61,654 nucleotides of DNA from an uncultured Mollicutes bacterium. Lineage in GTDB: Bacteria; Bacillota_I; Bacilli_A; RF39; UBA660. Under the pieces are notes generated by a model. It worked only from the letters and a program-made list of their open reading frames with translations, was not told the DNA's origin and ran no database searches. The stretch covers positions 1-61,654 of the forward strand of contig CAMMVQ010000004.1 in assembly GCA_946500425.1 (NCBI GenBank), read 5' to 3'. Positions within the stretch are counted from its first letter, which is position 1, and each line of letters opens with the position of its first letter. The translations under genes and the position numbers were made by a program. Positions 38,500-47,923 of this stretch are shown here, piece by piece.

Positions 38500-39822
38500 A
38501 TGATAACTAAGCCAAAAGGAACTAAAGATATTTATGGAATTGAAGCGAAAAGATGGAAATATGTAGAACAAGTAATTGATTCTGTTATGGAAAAGTATGA
38601 CTATAATTACATACGTATTCCTGTTTTTGAATCAAGCGAGTTATTTCATCGTAGTGTTGGAGAAACAACTGATATAGTAACTAAAGAAACCTATGATTTT
38701 ACTGACCGTGGTGGTAGAAAAATGACCCTTAGACCAGAAGGAACAGCTGGAGTTGTAAGAAGTTTTGTAGAAAATAAAATGTATGGTGATATTAAACAAC
38801 CTATAAAGGTTTATTATAACTGTCCTATGTATCGTTATGAAAGACCACAAGCAGGAAGATATAGAGAATTAACTCAGTTTGGTATGGAAATATTAGGAAG
38901 TGATGATCCACTTTCTGATGCTGAAATTATTTCACTTGCTGTTAACATTTATAAAATGCTTGGATTAAAAGAAATTAAGGTTAATATTAATTCACTTGGT
39001 GATAAAGAATCAAGAGAAAATTACCGTAAAGCCTTAATTAATCATTTTGAACCTCACATTGATGAATTATGTGATGATTGTAAGGAAAGAATTAATAAAA
39101 ACCCGCTTAGAATATTAGATTGTAAGGTGGATGCTGATAAACAAATAATGAAAACAGCCCCTAAAACAATAGATTACCTTAATGAAGAAAGCAAAGAAAG
39201 ATTTGAAAAAGTAAAAGAATACTTAGAAATAATGCAAGTTTCTTTTGAGGTTAATCCAAGGATTGTAAGAGGTCTTGATTATTATAATCATACGGTTTTT
39301 GAAATAGAAGCTAAAGTAGAAGGATTTGGTGCTCAAAACGTTATTGGTGGTGGCGGAAGATATAATGGCTTAGTAAAACAACTAGGCGGTCCTGATACTC
39401 CTTGCATTGGTTTTGCAGCTGGATTTGATAGGCTTATGCTTGCTTTAGAAAAAGAAAACATAAAATTACCAATTAATGATTCTATTGATGTTTTTGTTAT
39501 GTATGTTAATGAAGACGAAAAAAAATATGCAGCTTATTTAACGCAAGATTTAAGAGTTAATGGTTTTTCTTCTGAAACTGATTATAACAACCGTTCTTTA
39601 AAAGCACAATTTAAACAAGCTGATAGGCTTAACGCAAAATATCTTGTTATATTAAATAGTGAGGATTTAAAGCGTAATGAACTTAAAATTAAAAATAACA
39701 AAACAAAGGAAGAAGAACTTATTTCGGTTGATGCTTTGATTTATTACTTAGATGAAAATTTAACAGAAGAAACCGATAACATGTATGATATAAACGAAGA
39801 ATTAGGAAAGAATAAAGATTAA
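38500..39822 (+). CDS. hisS: histidyl-tRNA synthetase
   Basis: KGTKDIYG, MYRYERPQAGRYRELTQFG, GGGRYNGL and AAGFDRL motifs. 440 aa. Confidence 0.95.
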   Translation: MITKPKGTKDIYGIEAKRWKYVEQVIDSVMEKYDYNYIRIPVFESSELFHRSVGETTDIVTKETYDFTDRGGRKMTLRPEGTAGVVRSFVENKMYGDIKQPIKVYYNCPMYRYERPQAGRYRELTQFGMEILGSDDPLSDAEIISLAVNIYKMLGLKEIKVNINSLGDKESRENYRKALINHFEPHIDELCDDCKERINKNPLRILDCKVDADKQIMKTAPKTIDYLNEESKERFEKVKEYLEIMQVSFEVNPRIVRGLDYYNHTVFEIEAKVEGFGAQNVIGGGGRYNGLVKQLGGPDTPCIGFAAGFDRLMLALEKENIKLPINDSIDVFVMYVNEDEKKYAAYLTQDLRVNGFSSETDYNNRSLKAQFKQADRLNAKYLVILNSEDLKRNELKIKNNKTKEEELISVDALIYYLDENLTEETDNMYDINEELGKNKD

Positions 39823-39832
39823 GAGGTGTAAG

Positions 39833-41134
39833 ATGAAAAATTTAGAAGAGTTTTTTGATAAAGAAGTAACTGTTTGTGGTTTTGCTGAAAACGTAAGAAA
39901 TTTACAATGGGTACAATTTATTGTTCTTAGAAACAAACAAGGAAGAGTTCAAATAACAATAGAAAAATCAGAAGAAAAAAATGCTGAAATGGTAAAAATA
40001 GTTGATTCTTTAACTAACGAGTCAACAATTAAAGTTACTGGTACTTTAAAGAAAAATGAAAAAGTTAAAATGGGTGGTATGGAAATTATACCAAGTAAAA
40101 TAGAGGTTACTAGTACTTCTTATCCGGAATTACCAATAAATATAAAAAACAAGGATGCCGCTGAAATTGATACCAGGTTAGATTTTAGATTTTTAGATTT
40201 AAGAAATGATTATAATGCTAACATTTTTAAAGTGCAAAGCGACATGGTAAAATACTTAAGAAAATTTTTATACAAAAGAAATTTTACCGAGATTCATACT
40301 CCAAAATTAATAGGAGCGGCATCAGAAAGTGGTAGCGAAGTATTCGAGGTAAAATACTTTGACCGTAAAGCTTACTTGGCTCAGTCTCCTCAGTTTTATA
40401 AACAAATGGCAATGTCAGCAGGGTTTGAACGTATCTTTGAAGTAGGACCTGTTTTTAGAGCAGAAAATTCAAATACCAGCAGACACACTACCGAGTTTAC
40501 TGGATTTGACCTTGAATTTAGTTACATAGATTCTTATGAAGACGTTATGTCAATGGAAGAAGATATGATTACTTACATGCTTAAAAAATTAAAAGAAAAA
40601 GATGGAGATTTAATAAAAGAAACGTATGGTGTAGATGTTGTTGTTCCAGAAAATAAATTTCCAAGAATTAAGCTTGCTGATTTATATAAGGTGTTAGAGG
40701 AAAAATATAATTATAAAGTAAGTGATGATGCTAAGTGTGATTTAACAACAGAAGCTGAAAGGTTATCATATAAATATGCCATGGATGAGTTTGGTTCTGA
40801 ATTTATTTTTGTAACTGATTATCCGCCTACAAAAAGAGCTTTTTATCACATGAGAAAAGATGGTGTAACACAAGGATATGATCTTATTTGGAAAGGCGTT
40901 GAAATAACGACAGGAGCACAAAGAGAGCACCGTTATGACGTTTTAAAAGAACAAGCTAAAGAAAAAGGCTTAGATGAAGACGTTAAGTTCTATTTAGATT
41001 TCTTTAAATATGGCTGTCCTCCTCATGGTGGTTTTGGAATTGGGGTAGACAGAATGACAATGTTATTATTAGGACTTCCATCACTTAAAGAATCAATGTT
41101 TATCTTTAGAGGACCAAACAGGTTAAATCCTTAA
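39833..41134 (+). CDS. aspS: aspartyl-tRNA synthetase, short archaeal/eukaryal-like (type 2) form
   Basis: 433 aa. LAQSPQFYKQ, FRAENSNTSRHTTEF, GGFGIGVDR. Too short to contain the insertion domain of ~590-aa bacterial-type AspRS. Confidence 0.85.
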   Translation: MKNLEEFFDKEVTVCGFAENVRNLQWVQFIVLRNKQGRVQITIEKSEEKNAEMVKIVDSLTNESTIKVTGTLKKNEKVKMGGMEIIPSKIEVTSTSYPELPINIKNKDAAEIDTRLDFRFLDLRNDYNANIFKVQSDMVKYLRKFLYKRNFTEIHTPKLIGAASESGSEVFEVKYFDRKAYLAQSPQFYKQMAMSAGFERIFEVGPVFRAENSNTSRHTTEFTGFDLEFSYIDSYEDVMSMEEDMITYMLKKLKEKDGDLIKETYGVDVVVPENKFPRIKLADLYKVLEEKYNYKVSDDAKCDLTTEAERLSYKYAMDEFGSEFIFVTDYPPTKRAFYHMRKDGVTQGYDLIWKGVEITTGAQREHRYDVLKEQAKEKGLDEDVKFYLDFFKYGCPPHGGFGIGVDRMTMLLLGLPSLKESMFIFRGPNRLNP

Positions 41135-41146
41135 TAATATTGTTTA

Positions 41147-41172
41147 AAAGCAAGAAGTGTCTTGCTTTTTTT
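41147..41172 (+). terminator. intrinsic terminator after aspS
   Basis: AGCAAG-aagtgt-CTTGCT followed by TTTTTT. Confidence 0.8.
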
Positions 41173-41217
41173 CATAAATAACGAGTGTTTTTATTATTAA
41201 TGACTAATAATTGAAGT

Positions 41218-41452
41218 AGAGGACAACTTTTAAAACTAGCTTTGTTTTCCATTTTTTATGAAGAATAGAAAGTGGGTGGTGCTTATTAGAATTAAATTTG
41301 AAATAAAATTTACTTCAAAACTAGTCATCATATTACTTATAATAGTAATTCTAATGGTTATTATTTATAAATAAGAAAAACAGAGTTAGTACAAGCTAGC
41401 CCTGTTTTTCAATAAAACAAACTTTGGAAAACAACTAGTTAAGTTGTCCTCT
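41218..41452. repeat. 235-bp module bounded by near-perfect inverted repeats
   Basis: The left arm is AGAGGACAACTTTTAAAACTAGCTTTGTTTTCCA (41218-41251). The reverse complement of the right arm (41425-41452) is AGAGGACAACTTAACTAGTTGTTTTCCA. All 28 right-arm bases match, with two gaps of 4 and 2 nt. Confidence 0.75.
41258..41374 (+). CDS. 38-codon mini-ORF with hydrophobic C-terminus (coding status uncertain)
   Basis: MKNRKWVVLIRIKFEIKFTSKLVIILLIIVILMVIIYK. No convincing SD. Lies inside the inverted-repeat module. Confidence 0.25.
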   Translation: MKNRKWVVLIRIKFEIKFTSKLVIILLIIVILMVIIYK

Positions 41453-41455
41453 CTA
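41370..41455 (-). ncRNA. candidate ~80-nt small RNA, convergent with the mini-ORF
   Basis: A consensus minus-strand promoter lies just upstream (TTGATA-17-TATAAT, 41489-41461). The predicted start falls at the right inverted-repeat arm. Hairpin AAAAACAG/CTGTTTTT (41409-41376 on the minus strand) is followed by CTTATTTAT. Confidence 0.35.
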
Positions 41456-41460
41456 ATTAA

Positions 41461-41489
41461 ATTATATCCTAAAATAGTTAAAATATCAA
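41461..41489 (-). promoter_or_regulatory. near-consensus minus-strand promoter
   Basis: On the minus strand: TTGATA (41489-41484), 17-nt spacer, TATAAT (41466-41461). It is back-to-back with a plus-strand TTGAAA (41490-41495). Confidence 0.6.
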
Positions 41490-41541
41490 TTGAAAACAAT
41501 AATTTTCACGTTCATATTCAATTTACTTTTGAAATAGACCT

Positions 41542-41579
41542 GAAAACAGATTATTTATTTGTTTTCTTTCTTTTTTTTC
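41542..41579 (+). terminator. terminator-like hairpin immediately upstream of mutS
   Basis: GAAAACA (41542-41548) pairs with TGTTTTC (41560-41566), followed by TTTCTTTTTTTTC. Confidence 0.55.
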
Positions 41580-41612
41580 TTATTTATTATATAATTATAA
41601 GAGGTGATTAGC

Positions 41613-44168
41613 TTGACTAGAAAAGATGTAGATAGAAATAAAATTAGTCCGATGATGAAGCAATATTTGGAAGTAAAAGATAATTATGAAGACGTTATAT
41701 TATTTTATAGAATTGGCGATTTTTATGAGATGTTTTTTGAGGATGCGGAAAATGTATCTAAAGTATTAGAACTTACTTTAACGGGCAAAAATGCTGGGTT
41801 AGATGAAAGAATACCAATGTGCGGAGTTCCTCATCATGCTGCTAATATATACATTGATAAGCTTATTGATAAAGGTTATAAAGTAGCAATATGTGAACAG
41901 GTTGAAGACCCTAAAAGTGCTAAGGGAATCGTTAAAAGAGAAGTTATTCAAATAGTATCTAAAGGAACGGTAATGTCTGATGAGATGCTTGATGCTAAAA
42001 GTAATAACTTTATTGGAGCGATTAAAGACCTTGGATACTGTTTTTCTATTTCTTATGCTGATTTATCAACTGGTGAGTTTAACGCTGTTTTAGCACCTTA
42101 TGACATTAATAAAGTTATAAGCGAAATTGTAAACGACGGCATAAGTGAACTAGTTATTTATGGTCAAATAGACCCAAGAATTATAGATACTTTAAGAAGT
42201 CAGTACGGAATAATTATTTCTCATCAAGAAAAAGATGAAGAAATAGAAACGTATAGACATTTATACGAAAAAATAGATGACGTAAGACTTATTTCATCCA
42301 TTAGTGTACTATTAAACTACTTAGATGAAAGTCAAAAAAGAAGCTTAGACCACTTACAAAACGTAGTTGTAAAAAATTATGAAACGTACTTAAAAATGGA
42401 TGTTCACACCAAAAGAAACCTAGAGTTAACCGAAAGTTTAAGGCTAAAGGAAAGAACGTATTCGCTCTTATGGTTACTTGACAAAACCAAAACTGCCATG
42501 GGCTCTAGGATGCTTAAACAAATGATTGAAAATCCTTTAGTTGATAAAAAAGAAATAGAAAATAGATACGACATGGTATCAAAACTTTTAGAAGAGTTTT
42601 TAATCAAGGATGAACTTAAAGATTTATTAAATGAAGTGTATGACTTAGAAAGACTTGCTGGAAGAATTTCTTTTGGTTCCGCTAACGCAAGGGACTTATT
42701 ACAACTTAAGGCTTCAATAAAGGTTTTGCCAAAGATAAAAGAAATTGTTAAGTCTTTAAACTTTAACTTAGTAATTGATGATTTAACTGATTTATACGAC
42801 TTTTTGGAACGTAGTATCTATGAGAATCCACCCATTGGTGTTAAAGAAGGTTACTTAATAAAAGATGGTTATAATAAAGAGCTAGATGAACTTAAAGCGG
42901 CTAGACGTGGTGGTAAAGAATTTGTTGCTAAACTAGAGGAAGAAGAAAGACAAAGAACTGGAATTAAAAATTTGAAGGTTGGATATAACCGAATATTTGG
43001 TTATTACATTGAAGTTTCTAAGGGAAACAGCAAACAGGTAAAAGAAGAGTTTGGATACGAAAGAAAGCAAACGCTAGCTAACTGTGAAAGATTTATAACG
43101 CCTGAACTAAAAGAAAAAGAGCAAATGATTTTAGGGGCTGAAGAAAAAATAATAAATCTTGAATACGCTTTATTTACTGAGATAAGAGACAAGGTAAAAG
43201 AACTTATTCCAACCATTCAGTTAACTTCAAAAGCTGTTGCGATGCTTGATGTTATGCAGTCTTTTGCAACCGTAACAGAAGATAATAACTATGTAAGACC
43301 AGTACTAAATGAAAATAAAACCGTAAGAATAATTGAAGGAAGACACCCAGTAGTTGAAAAGGTTTTAAAAACGGAGTTTGTTGCAAACGACATAATCTTT
43401 GAGGATGGTATTTATTTACAACTTATAACCGGACCTAACATGGCTGGTAAGTCAACTTACATGAGGCAAATGGCAATGATTGTTATAATGGCTCAAATAG
43501 GATGTTTTGTTCCTGCTAAAGAAGCTAACTTACCAATCTTTGATAAAATATTTACCCGTATTGGTGCCTCAGATGACTTAGTTTCTGGGGAATCAACTTT
43601 CATGGTAGAAATGATGGAAGCTAATAATGCCATCGAAGGAGCAACCGAAAAAAGTTTAATACTATTTGATGAGTTAGGCCGTGGAACGGCAACTTACGAC
43701 GGTATGAGCCTTGCTCAGGCAATCATTGAATACATTCATGATAACATTAAAGCAATTACTTTATTTTCGACCCATTATCATGAATTAACTAAACTAGAAG
43801 AGCATAAAAAACACATTAAAAACGTTCACGTAAGTGCTTACGAAGAAAACGGAAACATTACTTTCTTACATAAGATAAAAGATGGAAGCGTAGATAAAAG
43901 TTACGGAATACACGTAGCTAAACTAGCTAACTTGCCAGACTCACTTATTAAAAGAGCCGACGAAATTTTAAAAAGTTATGAAAAAAATGAAGGAAAACAT
44001 AAAGTAGTTAATCAGATGAGCTTAAATCTTGAAGAAACTCCTAAAACTAATGAAAGTTATGATATAATAAAAAAGACGTTAGATGGTGTTAATCCGCTTG
44101 ATGTTTCACCAATGGAAGCGTTAAATATATTATATGAACTTAAAAAAGAAATAGATAAAACTAATTAA
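41613..44168 (+). CDS. mutS: DNA mismatch repair protein MutS
   Basis: TTG at 41613 lies 5 nt after an AAGAGGTGA SD (the GTG at 41604 lies inside the SD). PMMKQYLE..FYRIGDFYEMFFEDA, Walker A GPNMAGKST, DELGRGTATYDG. Confidence 0.93.
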   Translation: MTRKDVDRNKISPMMKQYLEVKDNYEDVILFYRIGDFYEMFFEDAENVSKVLELTLTGKNAGLDERIPMCGVPHHAANIYIDKLIDKGYKVAICEQVEDPKSAKGIVKREVIQIVSKGTVMSDEMLDAKSNNFIGAIKDLGYCFSISYADLSTGEFNAVLAPYDINKVISEIVNDGISELVIYGQIDPRIIDTLRSQYGIIISHQEKDEEIETYRHLYEKIDDVRLISSISVLLNYLDESQKRSLDHLQNVVVKNYETYLKMDVHTKRNLELTESLRLKERTYSLLWLLDKTKTAMGSRMLKQMIENPLVDKKEIENRYDMVSKLLEEFLIKDELKDLLNEVYDLERLAGRISFGSANARDLLQLKASIKVLPKIKEIVKSLNFNLVIDDLTDLYDFLERSIYENPPIGVKEGYLIKDGYNKELDELKAARRGGKEFVAKLEEEERQRTGIKNLKVGYNRIFGYYIEVSKGNSKQVKEEFGYERKQTLANCERFITPELKEKEQMILGAEEKIINLEYALFTEIRDKVKELIPTIQLTSKAVAMLDVMQSFATVTEDNNYVRPVLNENKTVRIIEGRHPVVEKVLKTEFVANDIIFEDGIYLQLITGPNMAGKSTYMRQMAMIVIMAQIGCFVPAKEANLPIFDKIFTRIGASDDLVSGESTFMVEMMEANNAIEGATEKSLILFDELGRGTATYDGMSLAQAIIEYIHDNIKAITLFSTHYHELTKLEEHKKHIKNVHVSAYEENGNITFLHKIKDGSVDKSYGIHVAKLANLPDSLIKRADEILKSYEKNEGKHKVVNQMSLNLEETPKTNESYDIIKKTLDGVNPLDVSPMEALNILYELKKEIDKTN

Positions 44169-44187
44169 AAAAGGGAAGGTTGATAAC

Positions 44188-45042
44188 ATGAACGATGATA
44201 CTAAAGACATTAAAATACCAATAAAAGACATTGTACAAAATGCCATGGTAAGTAATGGTGCCAAATATCCAGAAGATGAGTTTAACTTGCTTAGAAAGTA
44301 TTTTATCGCATGCTTAAACTTAGGATATATGGTTCCTAATGACTTAGTTACAATGGTAAATAAGTTTGCAAGTAGAATTAAAATTATCGTACTAAACTAT
44401 AATAACGTTAATAAAATGGATTATTACGTTTGTAACAACGGAGTCTTATACATAAATGGTGCGTTAAAGGACAGTAACGAGGCTTTTTATGAAATAAATT
44501 TTTATAAAGCTGTAACAGAAGTTATTTTTAACGCAAATGATAATCACGTTGGAATGTCTAGTGCAATTTGTGAGATGACCGCTGAGAAGATTCATAACAT
44601 GGACGTTAACATGTCTAGAATAATAATGCCTAGAACTGATACGGAAATGATTGGTAACGAACAAATTCAAATACGAGCTGGATACATGAATTATAACTTA
44701 GTTATTTCGCTTGCTAAACAGCTTTTTATAAGTATGGGAATCAATGAAAACAAAGTAATTAGAAACATGTATTTTGAAGGTTATGAAAAAGTTATAAATG
44801 ATTTATTTAAAGATGATAATTCTAAACTTTTATTAGATGTTTTAGATAAATTATGTTTGATGTACATAAACAGAAAAGTAAGAAACATGCCTAATCCAAG
44901 TGAAAAGGTATTGCTAGATAAATATCAAATAATGATTAACGATTCATTTACTAAAATAGATCAAAATTATTTCGCTTTTTGTGCGCTTATAACGACTGAT
45001 GAATTAAGAAAAAGTTGCATGAAAAAACTTGAAAAAGAGTAG
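44188..45042 (+). CDS. hypothetical protein (in the position often held by mutL)
   Basis: 284 aa with an AAGGGAAGG SD. No GHKL ATPase motifs recognised. Confidence 0.6.
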   Translation: MNDDTKDIKIPIKDIVQNAMVSNGAKYPEDEFNLLRKYFIACLNLGYMVPNDLVTMVNKFASRIKIIVLNYNNVNKMDYYVCNNGVLYINGALKDSNEAFYEINFYKAVTEVIFNANDNHVGMSSAICEMTAEKIHNMDVNMSRIIMPRTDTEMIGNEQIQIRAGYMNYNLVISLAKQLFISMGINENKVIRNMYFEGYEKVINDLFKDDNSKLLLDVLDKLCLMYINRKVRNMPNPSEKVLLDKYQIMINDSFTKIDQNYFAFCALITTDELRKSCMKKLEKE

Positions 45043-45052
45043 GTGTTAAAAC

Positions 45053-45451
45053 ATGAATAGAAACGAAGCTAGAATAGTTATAATGACCATTTTATACCAA
45101 ATATTTATGTATCAAACAAGTAAAATAAAATATGACGTAAACGAAGTAATTAAAGATAATTTACAAATTGATAATGACTTCGTAAAAGAAATGGTTAATG
45201 GCGTTATAGAAAATAAAGAAAAAATAGATGAAGTTGCTAATAAATACTTAAAAGATTGGAAAATGAGCCGTTTAGGATTAACTGACCAGGCCATATTAAG
45301 CATGGGAATATATGAGCTTTTATACACGGATACTCCAGAAGTCGTGGCGATAAATGAAGCGGTAGAACTTGCGAAAAAATATTCTGATGACAAAGTTAAA
45401 AACATGATAAATGGAGTTTTAGATAAAGTTTATCATGAAAAGTTGCAATAA
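45053..45451 (+). CDS. nusB: transcription antitermination factor NusB
   Basis: NRNEARIVIMTILYQ.., MSRLGLTDQAILSMGIYELLY.., INEAVELAKKY. Confidence 0.88.
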   Translation: MNRNEARIVIMTILYQIFMYQTSKIKYDVNEVIKDNLQIDNDFVKEMVNGVIENKEKIDEVANKYLKDWKMSRLGLTDQAILSMGIYELLYTDTPEVVAINEAVELAKKYSDDKVKNMINGVLDKVYHEKLQ

Positions 45452-45493
45452 TAAAGATATAGTGTATAATATTTGCCAAGGAGATGAAATGGT

Positions 45494-46240
45494 ATGGATA
45501 AAGACACTATTAAAAATTTAATAAGTAAGATAGAAGAAAATATAGTTATGTATAATGATGAAATGTCAGGATTAAAAACAGGAAACATTGATGCTGATAA
45601 TTTGACAATTTATTATTTCAACCTTGGAGGAGAAGGTTTCATTAATGTTTTCACTTATAATTTTAAGGCAACGATTGACATGAATAAAAAAAATGGAAAC
45701 TACAGTGTTTTTATTAGTCCATATAACGGAAAAGTAAAAACAATCAATTTTACTCCTTCTTTATCTTATGAAGTAGTTTTTAATGATGGCAAAACCCTTG
45801 GAGAATATAAAGATAAAAATCATGAATATGATGCAATCACTTTACATACTGATGATACGAGATGTACTTTATTTAAAGATAGAAAGTATTTTGGCAATAT
45901 ATATACTGCGATGGCTAAAAATTTATCTAATATAAGTAATGAAGAAGAGTTTTACGTAGATTTTTTAAGAAATGCTGTAAGCAACCAAAATATAAGACTT
46001 CAGGATATGATTGACATAATTACTAAATATAGGGATTCAGGTAATCGTATTGAAGTTTTAGAAACGTTTTACTTAAAAAAGCAATTACTTATGGTATTGG
46101 ATACTAAAAAGGACGAATTAATAAATAAAAGATATGAAACTTCTCAAGATATTTTTATGTATATCAATAGATATTTTGATGCGCTTTTAGAAATAATTAA
46201 CGGTCTAGAAAAAGAAAGCACTAAAAAAGTCAAAAAATAA
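45494..46240 (+). CDS. hypothetical protein
   Basis: AAGGAG SD. 248 aa. No motif recognised. Confidence 0.6.
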   Translation: MDKDTIKNLISKIEENIVMYNDEMSGLKTGNIDADNLTIYYFNLGGEGFINVFTYNFKATIDMNKKNGNYSVFISPYNGKVKTINFTPSLSYEVVFNDGKTLGEYKDKNHEYDAITLHTDDTRCTLFKDRKYFGNIYTAMAKNLSNISNEEEFYVDFLRNAVSNQNIRLQDMIDIITKYRDSGNRIEVLETFYLKKQLLMVLDTKKDELINKRYETSQDIFMYINRYFDALLEIINGLEKESTKKVKK

Positions 46241-46322
46241 CAAAATAAATGTGCTAAAGATTAGAAATTATTCAACCATATTAAATAGTTCGTAAACAAA
46301 AAATAAATGATAATTATAATGG

Positions 46323-46352
46323 TGGTAAAATATTTACGTTTTACCATTTTTT
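46323..46352 (+). terminator. intrinsic terminator
   Basis: TGGTAAAA/TTTTACCA stem followed by TTTTTT. Confidence 0.7.
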
Positions 46353-46450
46353 ATTATGCTTTATACGAATATAAGCTTATTTTTGCTAATGTTGACACTA
46401 TCTATTTATTATGATAGTATATTAGGCGTTAAAAAAGGGGGAATTATCAT

Positions 46451-46996
46451 ATGGCTAGCAAGTTAAGGGTTAACTACGACTTAATTAATAGAATTAAAGT
46501 GGCTAATACTGGTTTTGATTCAAAACAAGTCATAAATTCAAGAGCTACTAATTTAGCTTTATCTTTTCTATTTATTTTACCACTTTATTATATTAATCCA
46601 ACATTAGAATCTTTTTCATTAATTTCGTCTATTTATTTAGTAGAACAGGGTCTTTTTACATTAGTTGATGTTGCTATACAAAAAATAAAAAAAGAGTATA
46701 ATATACAAGATGCAAACTTTGATTTAATGCTTTTATCTTGTTTTCTTTTAGAGTTAGAAGTTAAAACAAACGAAGAGTTATTAAAAGAAGCACAGGTTAT
46801 TCAAACTGATTATGAAATTTGTAAAGATGGTAAAATACCAGTTATAAAACAAAAGAAATACATAAGTGTACCACTTATCAATGGTTATGAAGAATCATTA
46901 TTGCAAGAACATATTATTGGTGATAAATATTATGATATAACCGTAGAGGAACCTAAGAAACAAGAAAACTTTAGACTAGTAAAACAATTAACATAA
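46451..46996 (+). CDS. hypothetical membrane protein
   Basis: AAAGGGGG SD. 181 aa with two or three TM segments in the N-half. Confidence 0.6.
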   Translation: MASKLRVNYDLINRIKVANTGFDSKQVINSRATNLALSFLFILPLYYINPTLESFSLISSIYLVEQGLFTLVDVAIQKIKKEYNIQDANFDLMLLSCFLLELEVKTNEELLKEAQVIQTDYEICKDGKIPVIKQKKYISVPLINGYEESLLQEHIIGDKYYDITVEEPKKQENFRLVKQLT

Positions 46997-47044
46997 AAAA
47001 CACGATTAATACCTTTTAAAATATAGAATTAACCGTGTTTTTTA
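46995..47044. terminator. bidirectional terminator between convergent genes
   Basis: AAAAACACGATTAAT pairs with ATTAACCGTGTTTTT (one mismatch), flanked by an A-run and a T-run. Confidence 0.7.
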
Positions 47045-47058
47045 TGCAATAAAGAATA

Positions 47059-47835
47059 CTATTTTTTTAATATGTCTAATACGTGGGATGAGGCTCCTAA
47101 TAATTCAGGTCTTTCACAAGTTGTTAAATGATATTCTAAGTAAGTATTAAAAGTTTTTTCATCCATTTTATTTATTATTGGTCTTATGTAATCAGAAGGT
47201 CCATCTTGAGCAATAATTTTAATTCTTTTTAAACCAGTAATTTCATTTAACTCGTTAATGTCTTCTAATCTTACCATACTATATAAATCGGTTTCTTTAG
47301 GGGTTATGTGAAAGTTTTTATCTACTTCTTTATTTTCTATTGCGTTTAATATATTGTTATCTCTAAAACCATGGGTAATAACAGCATATTCATTCATGTA
47401 ATAACTTACTAATATGATTCCGGTTTCTTTGACAACTCTTTTAGCTTCCGTAAGAGCGTTTATTTTATCTTCTTTACTAATTAAATGATATAATGGCCCA
47501 AATAAAAGCACCATATCAAACGAATTATCACCAAACATAGAAAGATTAGTAGCATTGCCCAAATAAGCCTTAACCGGGCTTTTTTTAGCTTTTAAAGTCA
47601 TTAAATTATGTTTTATAAGTTCTATTGCGGTAACATCATATCCTTCGTTTGCAAGACTAACAGAATACTTACCAGTACCAGCTCCTACGTCTAGTATTTT
47701 TGGATTATCCATGAAATGTAAATAATAATTAATATATTTCATGGCCGTAGTATATTCAACAATTCCATGTCTTCTAGTAAGTCTTTTATCCTCGTTAAAT
47801 TTATTATAATAATTTATTAAATTTTCTTCGTTCAT
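47059..47835 (-). CDS. class I SAM-dependent methyltransferase
   Basis: Motif I ILDVGAGTGKYS, post-I DVTAIEL, motif II/III region DMVLLFGPLYHL. Confidence 0.85.
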   Translation of the reverse strand: MNEENLINYYNKFNEDKRLTRRHGIVEYTTAMKYINYYLHFMDNPKILDVGAGTGKYSVSLANEGYDVTAIELIKHNLMTLKAKKSPVKAYLGNATNLSMFGDNSFDMVLLFGPLYHLISKEDKINALTEAKRVVKETGIILVSYYMNEYAVITHGFRDNNILNAIENKEVDKNFHITPKETDLYSMVRLEDINELNEITGLKRIKIIAQDGPSDYIRPIINKMDEKTFNTYLEYHLTTCERPELLGASSHVLDILKK

Positions 47836-47923
47836 GTAAACTCACCACGAATATAATATCCTAATATTAAAAAATAATCAAACGTTATGTTATAATTATT
47901 AATATGGCAAGAAGGTGTAATAA

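Noticed and set aside
41258-41374. Calling the 38-codon ORF a confirmed type I toxin
   Set aside because: It has no SD and no homolog I recognise. It is kept only as a low-confidence feature within the inverted-repeat module finding.
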